A DNA stretch of 64,000 bases. It comes from Octopus vulgaris (lineage: Eukaryota). Where the stretch lies: assembly GCA_951406725.2 (NCBI GenBank), contig OX597838.1:21142001-21206000 (forward strand), read 5' to 3'. The position numbers and the translations under genes are program-made. The notes under the pieces were generated by a model. It did no database searches. It was given only the letters and a program-made list of their open reading frames with translations, and was not told the DNA's origin. This document shows, in pieces, positions 46,101 through 57,214 of the stretch (within the stretch, counting starts at the first letter, position 1; the number at the start of each line of letters is the position of its first letter).

Positions 46101-48907
46101 TCAAACGAGGGACATATTCATACAGCACAGAATGTTTTTTTTTTACCTCAATAGACGTCACTGATTGGTTGAAATTGCAGAAATTGAAGAAAAAATAAAC
46201 AACGAATATCTTACAAACTATAGAATTTTCTCAATAAAGCCAAGAGAAAAAGATGTGGATCTTTTCCTTTTGAACGGCACTTTTCAACACAATTTCTAGT
46301 TAACTAAACACTTCTAAACTTCGTATACTGGTAGAATGTGTCAAAATAAAACATTTTTTTCTCTTGGCTTTCTTGAGAAAATTGTAATTTGTTTGTTTAA
46401 CGTAGTTTAATTTTTCGAATTTTAACCAATCCTATGCCCTCTATTTAGCTAAAATCATTTGCTGCGTCTAAAACTGAGACAACATCCTGTCACTAACCCT
46501 AACTCTAACCCTAACCCTCACCCTAACCCTCTAACCCAAACTCTAACCCTAAATTTTAGCCTTTCGTTTTTTTTCTTAATTGTTAAATTAATTTAATTGT
46601 TATGCGTGTGTCTAAAATTATTCGTTTTGTTTTTGTTTTGAGTTTTTGCTTTCGTTTTAGCCTTTCGTTTTTTTTGTTAATTGTTATCCTTAAATTAATT
46701 TAACAATTAAGAAAAAAAAAAACGAAAGGCTAAAATTTAGGGTTAGGGTGAGGATTAGGGTTAGTGACAGGATGTTGTCTGTTTTAGACACAGCAAATGA
46801 TTTTAGCTAAATAGAGGACATAAGATTGGTTAGACAAACAAATTACAATTACAGTTGGAGCAATGTGAAATAAAGCGTTTTACTCAGGGACACAATCCAT
46901 CACCAGGAATTGAACCCCAGATATAACATCACAGATAAAACTATACTTTTATACCCTTTTTTTTTATTACAGAGATGTACTTGCATAGCAAGTGACCTGA
47001 TCTGAGATCGTGTGCTGGAACGAAAACAATTGCAGCATGTAAGGTGTTTATAAGCCATTTAAAAAACACACAAAAATGTTGAAGTGTATCTAACGGTTTT
47101 TGGGTGTTTCTTAAATCTATATATATAAAACTCTAGTTGTGTGAGTGTCTGTCCCCTTCGATTTAGATTTCTAACTCCTCCCACATTTTGCGGTGCAGTT
47201 TAACCAAATTCGGGTATCTTATAGTCGTGATTCATATCGAGCCCGTCTGAGTATTAGCGCGCGTCAACGATGAGTCTACGATTTTAAAAATAATTTAACA
47301 TCATTTTTTATTCCGTTTTAATGCATAATTTTTCGTGTGTCAATGGCGGTGGAGTTGGCGTCCACGCTCACAGCTGCACCTGTTTGCTTCTCCCCCTTCC
47401 CTCCCCCGTGAAGCTGTGGGGAAGGGAGTGTAAAGAAATCAACGTCGTAATGCGTTGTCAAGGAGACCAGCGTTCTTTTAGAACAACGACTTCATGGCTT
47501 GAAGACACCAAAACAGAAATGGCTAAGAAAGCCCGAATTGGCATCTATAAGGGAAGTAACTCTCTAAAAATGCTTATATAGTTATTTCCCTTACAAACCC
47601 GAGCAACGCCGGGCGATACTGCTAGTGGCTTATAAACACCTTCCATGCCTTTTTTTTTTCTTTTTTATGAATTTCATGATGCTTATACAAAATAATTGAA
47701 TGAATGCTAATTTTCGTGATAATAATTATTTATTATTTATTAAATTAAGATGATATTAAAACAAATTTCATTTTTGCATATTTGCAAAATTCCAACTTAT
47801 CAATATTGTTGATATGTAACCTATGATGTTGTTGTTGCTGCTGCTGCTGCTGTTTAACCCAAGGACAGCTCTGATCAAGCAGACTTATGATTAACGACAA
47901 AGACAACAATAATGATAGTAACCATTCTGTCTTTTATTGAAGCATAGAATATCTACACTAAATGACTCCAATATGTCCTTCAACAGTGAAGTATGATTTG
48001 AAGGTGATTTGGCTGTTGTTTCTAGCAATTTGAACACATGTACAAAGGTTGTCTTGTTGTTGTTTACCTCCAGATTGGCCCTGATTGAGCAGACTATACA
48101 TTATCAAATGGGTGCTTTTTTCCCCCTCCCATTAAATTGCATATCAAACTGAGGAACATTTTGCTGCTATTTCTAGCAAGTTGCACTACACAGTCACACA
48201 AGAAGATCCTTCATTAGTTCATGTTGTTGTTATTGTTGTTATTGTTGATGATGATGATGATAATGATTGAGATGATAAGGGTGATGGTAGTGGTGGTGGT
48301 GGCAGTGGTGGTGGTGGTAGTGGTGGGAATGACTACAGCTGTAAGGACAATGGTGATCAATGATGATGATGGTAATGATGGTGATAATCATGATGATGAT
48401 GATGGTGGTGGTGGTGGTGGTGATGGTGGCGACGGTCCTTTGTGGCTGGTGACAAAAGCATCATTTAGTGCTGTTTGTGGTGATTTACGATGACAAAAAA
48501 AAACTGTCAGTGATGCTAATGATGACGATGACAACAGTGATGTCAATGGATGGTTTTACCAAGTCAGTTCTAGGTCAAGTCGGCACATCTACTGCGTAAC
48601 AGAGGGAACTACTGGTCTATGTAATCATAGCATGCGGATTTGACTTCTGCCTCAGTCCACCTAACTAAACACAGGTGCCACTCTCACTCAGTTGTTGCGT
48701 GGTGAAGGAGGAGCATCCAACCATAAAGGAACTGTTCCAACAACTTCATGCTAAAGTTCAAATTTGCAGACCCATTCAACCGTTTCTAAAATGGAAAAAT
48801 GGATGGGTATGAAAATGTATTCAGATATGGCCAATGATTTTGTAATCGGTACACACAAACACACACATATGTAAATATTTATACATACATACATACATAC
48901 ACACACA

Positions 48908-48945
<38 letters not shown>

Positions 48946-51900
48946 CAAAACGCCCCCCATCCAATGGACGGTGCTGAGTTGTCAAACATTTAAACCAAAT
49001 TTTCTCAAAACAACTTGTCCGACCGTCCCATAGGCCTCCCCTTTGAGAAACACTGATTTAACCTAAATTTGAGACACCAGCAAAAGAAGAAATAATGATA
49101 GACTTTTTTTCTATTCCAAAGAAAAACGATTTTATACACACAAATATGCAACCGAAGAGTTTAAAGTACCAGTAATGATAAGGGCGTTGACTGGGAGAAC
49201 GCAAACATGGTTTAAACAGTAAGCTTGGCAGGAAAGAAACGTGCCTTTAAGCAGTACAAAAACAACAAAAAATGGAAGATGCAGTTATGTACAGGTTGAC
49301 GGAAGAAAAGCAGGACAAAAACGATGCATGCAAATGGGTTAGCTGAAGGTAAATCTAGATGGAAAAGCATGATAAATTTATGAGAACGTACCTGGGACAC
49401 TAATAAGTTTATCCGATAAAACATGCAGGATATCAACTCGGGGCGATTTTTGATGAAAAGCAACAGCCTAGGGAACTAAGTAACTAATTTTAAGCTAACT
49501 TACTTTACGGGATGTTCAAGGACATGGAAAAGCTAGTGGAGCACAGCCTTGTAAACCACATTTCTGATGTACTTGCACGTACAAATGCATGTTCCCACAG
49601 CTTTATTGATTGCATTCTCACCTGGAATTGATTTTTGTAAATTTTTCAAGACTTATACACGCCCAGATACCGTCGGTATCTACATATCAAATTTGAGTGC
49701 AATCAGATGGAGGATGCCCGAGATCCTAGAAGACACACACATACAGACAGAATGGATTTTCTCAAATTTGATTTGTAGATACCGACGGTATCAGGGCATG
49801 TATAAGTCTTGAAAAAGTTACAAAAATCAATTCCAGGTGAGAAGGCAATCAATAAAGCCATGGGAACGTGTATTTGTACGCGCAAGTACATCAGGAGTGT
49901 GGTTTACAAGGCTGTGCTTCACTAGCTTTTCCATGTCCTTGAACATCCCGTAAAGTAAGTTAGCTTAAAATTAGTTACTTAGTTCCCTAGGTTGTTGCTT
50001 TTCATCAAAAATCGCCCCAAGTTGATTTCCTACATGTTTTATCGGATAAACTTATTATTGTCCCAGGTACGTTCTCATAAATTCATCATGCTTTTCCATC
50101 TAGATTTACTTTCAGCTAACCCATTTGCATGCATCGTTATATATATATATGTTCTTTTGAGAAGCCTGAAATACAATGAAAACCAACTTGCTATACAAAG
50201 TATCTCATTACCTAAATATGAAACAACTAAATTGGCTACAGTTCTATATTTAAGAGATGAGGATTTATGTACATTATTTACATTATTTACATTTGACGGA
50301 TATTTGCCCTCATTTTGTTTGTTGTTAACACAACGTTTCAGCTGATATACCCTACCGTCTTCTTCAGGTGTCTTGGGGAATGAGAACCCAGGTTCAAAAT
50401 TTCCCCAAGACGCCTAAAGAAGGCTGGAGGGTATATCAGCTGAAACGTTGTGTTAACAACAAACAAGATGAGGACAAATATCTGTCGAATGTATGAATGT
50501 AAATACTGTAATTAATGTAAATTGGATACACTCGAATAAAAAGTTATATACACAGGGTGCAATGGGTAAATTGTTGCCATTTTATATTTTTAATTTCATG
50601 CATGCACATTGTTTGTTTTTGATTCATTGACTATAGTATAGTAGGGTCAGTTGGGCACCATCTGTGAGAAAAACAGTAGCATGACACAATTCACTCAGCC
50701 AGAAATTTGGAAACAACATGCTGTACTGCTTGGCATTTGTGCAAGAAGCTCCAATACAAATATTTCAGAGTGTTTAGGTGCAATCATAGGACAGTGCAAT
50801 CTGAGGACAGGTACCAAGAGTGATAAAAATCAAACATCCAGTCAACATCATGGTGTTTGGAGTGATCACTGGTGATGTTATGTTATGGCAATGTTATGCC
50901 TCCATTCATCTTTCCACACAGCCTCAGACTCAAGCTGGAAGGTTACATCAAGTGCCTGGAGGAGGTAGTGCTGCCCTGGGTCAAGAAGACTGTTAGAAGA
51001 CCCTATGTCTGCTTTCCATGCTAGCATGGGTTGGACGATTTTGACTGAGGGCTGGCAAACCAGATGGCTGCACCAGGCTCCAATCTTGATCTGGCAGAGT
51101 TTCTACAGCTGGATGCCCTTCCTAACGCCAACCACTCCGAGAGTGTAGTGGGTGCTTTTTACTAGTCAGGCGGTACTGGCAATGACCTCACTTGAATCTT
51201 TTTACACATGCCACCGGCACAGGTGCCAGTAAGGTGATGCTGGTAACGATCACGCTCGAATGGTGCCCTTTTACGTGTCACAGGCATGGAAGCCAGTTGG
51301 CTGCTCTAGCAACGATCATGCTCGGATGGTGCTCTTGGCACCCTACTAGCACGGGCACAAGTGCCAGTAAGGTGACGCTGGTAACGATCACACTCGAATG
51401 GTGCCCTTTTATGTGCCACTGGCATGGAAGACAGTTAGCTGCTCTGTCAAACGATCACACTCGTATGGTGCTCTTTGCACCCCGCTAGCATGGATGCCAG
51501 TCATCGAATTTGATTTTGATTTCACTTGATTCAACAGGTCTTCGCAAGCAGAGTTTAGTGACCAAAGAAGGAAAAGGTATGCATAAGTGGGCTGGTTACA
51601 TTCCTGGCATAGGCCACAGGTTATGGTCTCATTTGGCTTGCCGGGTCTTCTCAAGCATATTTCCAAAAGTCTCGGTCACTAGTCATTTCCTTGGTGAGGC
51701 CTAATGTTCGAAGGTCGTACTTCACCACTTCATCCCAGGTCTTCCTGGGTCTACCTCTTCCACAACTTCCCTCAACCGCTAGGGTGTGGCACTTTTTCAC
51801 ACAGCTATCCTCATCCATTCTCACCACATGACCATACCAGCGCAGTCATCTCTCTTGCACACTACATCTGATGCTTCTTAGGTCCAACTTTTCTCTCAAG

Positions 51901-52460
51901 GTACTTACACTCTGTCGAGTATGCACACTAACATTACACATCCATCGGATCATACTGGCTTCTTTCCTTGTGAGCTTACGCACGTCCTCAGCAGTCACAG
52001 CCCATGTTTCACTGCCATGTAGCATGGCCGTTCGTACACAAGCGTCATACAGTCTACCTTTTACTCTGAGCGAGAGGCCCTTTGTCACCAGCAGAGGTAA
52101 GAGCTCTCTGAACTTTGCCCAAGCTATTCTTATTCTAGCAGCTACCCTTTCAGCGCACCCTCCTCCGCTACTGACTTGGTCACCTAGGTAACAGAAGCTA
52201 TCAACTACTTCTAGTTTTTTTCCCTGGAATGTGGTGGGGGTTGGTCTCTGCGCATTTTCAGTGTTTATTGCTCCTGAGCATCTGCCACATACAGAAACTA
52301 TCTTCCCAGTTAGCCTTCCTTTGATATTGCTGCACCTCTTATGTGTCCATAGCTTACACTGGGTACATCTTATAGAGGGGTACACCTTAATCTGTTAAAT
52401 GAGATGTCAGGGTTGTTTTCATCTTTGTGTAGTATAGATGACAGTTTATTTGCCACACCT

Positions 52461-52501
<41 letters not shown>

Positions 52502-54366
52502 TAGCAGTATCGCCCGGCGTTGCTCGGGTTTGTAAGGGAAATAACTATATAAGCATTTTTAGAGAGTTATAGCCAAAAAATAGCAAAAAAATGCATTAAA
52601 AATGGAAAAAAAATTATGGTAAATTTTTTTTTAAATCGTTGACTCATCGTAGACATTTTTAGAGAGTTACTTCCCTTATATAATAGCGAAAAAATGCATT
52701 AAAATGGAAAAAAATTATGGTAAATTTTTTTTAAATCGTAGACTCATCGTAGACGCGCGCTAATACCCAGAAGGGCTCGATATGAATTACAACTATAAGA
52801 TACCAGGTTTTGGTTAAACTGCACCGCAAAATGTGGGAGTAGTTAGGAATCTAAATCGTAGGAGACAGACACACAACTAGACTTTTATATATAAAGATAT
52901 ATATGTATGTATATATATATTTATATGTACATATTTATGTATATATATGTGTGTATATATATATATATATATAAAATTATGTATGTATAAGCACATATGC
53001 ATATACATGTGTGTGTGGGTGTGTATGTCTCTAGGTGTATTCTTTTACAATTAAAACTTTCCATACAAAGAATCTGCTTACCTGAATCAGAGACACCTAA
53101 ATTGGTTATATCTATGCTTGAGAGAACTCTAAACAATAACACAACTTCTATTTCAAAAAGAAAAAAATTTCTACACAACTACAACCCAAGCCTACACATA
53201 CCCTGCCTAATCATCCGTACACATAATTCCAACTCACCCATAAAAAGATCAAAAGATAAAATAATAAAAAAGTTAATACAATTTACTAATGGCCATTTAT
53301 ATATATATATCACAATGCAAACGATAGATATGAATCAACGACCAGATAATGTGATGCATCTCATGCAGTATATATTCTTTATAATAAAATAAATGTGCCG
53401 GTGACACGTAAAAGCACCGTCCGTTCGTGGCCATTTGCCAGCTCTGTCTGGCACCTGTGCAGGTGGCACGTAAAAAACACCCACTACACTCGCGGAGTGG
53501 TTGGCGTTAGGAAGGGCATCCAGCCGTAGAAACACTGCCGGGCCTGACGAAGCCTTCCAGCTTCACAGACCCCAGTTGACCCGTCCAACCCATGCTAGCA
53601 TGGAAAGCGGACGCTAAATGATGATGATGATGATGATGATGATGATTGGGTTGTCCGGAAAGTTCACGCCGATTTATAGTAGCTTACCTTTCGACTTATT
53701 TTAGAACATGGTTGAGTCCATTAAATAGGATTTGACTACACCTCCATTTAGAGCACTGTTTAAGCTATCTTTTCGCGGAAGATGTGTGTGTGTTTGCATA
53801 TATATATATGTGTATGTGTGTGTGTGTGTATATATACATATAAATAGATATATGTATTTTTCCATTGTTTACAATTAACACGGAAAAAATAAATAAATAG
53901 TTACCAGGGCAGTAAAAAATCACACAAGTAAAAAGGGCGTGACACCTTGTTTTTAAAGGTAGAAACTCCGGGTTTATGTGAAATATTTAGTATAATATAT
54001 ATAAATAAATAAATGGAGTTAATCACAGGTGTTATTCAAGTTCTTTTACTTCCAACACATGTTTCAAAGACAACATTGGTTTTATTGCAGAAGGAATAAA
54101 ATGGTGTAAAATAATGTAATCTTCTCTTCAGGGAAATGAAGAAATAAAACTTGTCAATAAGACATTTTAACAGAATATGATGGATTATGTATAGTGATGA
54201 ACTGAATGCTATTAACTTTTATTAAAAAACATAAGAGGATATAATGTCAAAGGTAGCCAATAGAAAGAGGAGAGGTAAAGGAAAGAAAAAATCAGAAACC
54301 AAATAAAAGGGGTGGTCATGTTGGGTATACTGTGTCACTTTCATGGCATGCACTGCTCTCTCACTC

Positions 54367-54412
<46 letters not shown>

Positions 54413-54680
54413 GTAATAATAATAATAATAATTAATCTTTTCTTGAGAAGGCACAAGGCCTGAAATTATATCAAGCGGGGACTAGTTGATTACATCAACC
54501 CCAGTGTTTTACTGGTACTTAATATATTGATCTCAAAAGGATGAGCGGCAAAGTTGACCTCGGCAGAATTTGAACTCAGAATGTAGCAACTGGCAAAATA
54601 CTGCTAAGCATTTCAATATATGTGCTAACAATTCTGTCGGCTCCCCACCTTAATAATAATAACAATGATAATAATAATAA

Positions 54681-54711
<31 letters not shown>

Positions 54712-54883
54712 AATAATAGAGACTCACCAACTTGGCAGTTGGTACCCTCGAACCCAGCAGCACATCCTCCACTGGAGCAGCTACCAGACTGTGGGTTACA
54801 TTTGCTGTTGTCAGCACAGTGACATGTGTTTCTGCAGTTTGGCCCAAATTTTCCTCTGCTACATCCTATAAACAAACAATGAC

Positions 54884-54935
<52 letters not shown>

Positions 54936-57124
54936 CGACGACGACGATGACGATGATGAAAAATCCCCCAAAAGGCAGAAATTCAAAAGATTAGTGCTCA
55001 TGGGAACTGCTCATATCCTACGCAAAATACTTTCTATGTAATCTCAAGTTTTAAAACAAACAATTTTCGTATGGTTTTTTTTAGACATTCACTAGTACAA
55101 CACTAAGTACAAAACCAAATATATGGCACCCTAGGCATAACACCAACATGAAGTTCCAACTTGTCTCTTGAGGTCTCTGGGTGAGACTTGGAGCCAGCTT
55201 GTGCAAATATAAAGCAAAAGCCAAACATAGAATAATAATAATAATAATAATAATAATAGTAATGTATACTTTCATGGCTTCTGATCTTAACTGATTGGAA
55301 GAGTTATCATGTACATTGTTTTGTCTTGGTATAAAAGATGGGCTACAGCAAATATTCTGCTCAATACCACAGATTTGCTTGTCAGTTGTTTGACCTTAAC
55401 CAGTTGAGCACGTCCCTTAGTGGCTGACGTTATGTGCATCTCTGATCACGAGCAGAAGTAGTGGGGGAGCATCATAGCCGTGTGTTGAGAGGGATTCTTT
55501 GGGGTTTGAATAATTCACCTCTGGAAACATGGGTGTTTCGTTCAACATCCTTAAACAACCCTTATTCAGAGACCTTTTGAGCGGGATGGGTTACTCGACT
55601 AGAAGAAAACTCTAACTGGGTCCCACCTGCAAGGTCATGTGCTGTTTATTTTGTTATGAGATCACCATGTCGCGCGCATATGGTGGTGATGCATGTGCCT
55701 AGTGTACCCTTATCAGATGGGTAGTCATGACTGCCCATCTGATAAGGGTACACTAGGCACATGCATAGTAGAAGGCTATAGTAGAAGACACTTGCCCAAG
55801 GTGCCATACAGTGGGAATGAACCCGGAATCATGTGGTTGGTAAGCAAGCTACTTTCCACACAGCCACTCCTGCGCCTATAGTAACAATTATAATAACTAG
55901 CAGGACCCGTGAATATTTCAAGGAATTAATGGTAAACTTTTCAGGTTATTCCCGAAAACTTAATCCCAAAAAATCTGAAAGCATAGCCTATGTTGTGTCT
56001 GTATCAAAAGATAGTCGTTCATCTGCTACTCAATGAGAAGTGAAGGAAACTGGAATATGACACTTATGTCTTTAGCATTTCAACCAGCCGTGTCCTGCCA
56101 AACTATTCTACATTGTTTTACGTTCAAACTGGCCAGATCTGGCCTCTCACACCTACCCTACAATGCCTTTCTAAAAATAAACAATCACATCATCAAAATC
56201 TCAAAGCAACAAGATAGTGCTTGATTAATTCAAAATAATGTAAATAAATAAGCATTACATTTGACAGAAGAATCTGAATGCAAAAGGGTTAATGTACTTT
56301 ATATATACACTTTATATATACACTTCATATATACACTTTATATACTTTATGCACAATTTTATAGACTTAATACACAGCACTGTCCCTCTTTCTCTCTCAC
56401 TCTTCACCTTCCCTGCTTTTCTCTCTTATTTTCCTTTCTCTTTCTCTCTCTTGTTCTTCACCTTCCCTTTCAACTAACTACATAATAGTGTTACAGACGG
56501 GCTAAGTAACGAAGGAAAAAATCTTAGTTCAAAAAAAATTACGTATTTCACTCACCACCAGCTGCCCTTCTCTCTCTGAATCCTCCTCCCCTGTCTCTGA
56601 TCCCCTCCCCCTATCTCTCTGTCCCTTCTCCTTCTCCCCCTCCCCCTCCCTACTCTTTCAACTGATCACGTGAAAGTGTTTCAGATAGGCTAAGTAATAA
56701 TAGAACAGGCAGAATTGTAAGATGATAAATAGTGATGCACATTCACCTACCTGTTTGACAGTTGCTACCCTCATATCCAGCAGCACATCCTCCACTGGAG
56801 CAGCTACCAGACTGTGGGTTACACTTGCTGTTGTCAGCACAGTGACATGTGTTTCTGCAGTTTGGCCCAAATTTTCCTCTGCTACATCCTGCAAAACAAA
56901 CATAACCGATAACAAATATAGGTGCTAAAATGGCTGTTTGGCAAGAAGTTTACTTCCAAACCGCATGGTTTCAGGTTCAGTCCCACAGCATGGCACTTTT
57001 GGTAAGTGTCTTCTACTATAGTCTTGGGCTGACTGAAGTCATCTAGGTGGAATTTGTAGGCAAAAACTGAAAGAAGCTCATCATGTACTAATCATTACTA
57101 ATCATTGCTTTGAATGCACACCAA

Positions 57125-57176
<52 letters not shown>

Positions 57177-57183
57177 AACAAAA

Positions 57184-57214
<31 letters not shown>

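Noticed and set aside
46493-46550. True telomere or chromosome-fusion site
   Set aside because: Short, degenerate and embedded in an interspersed repeat within an intron.
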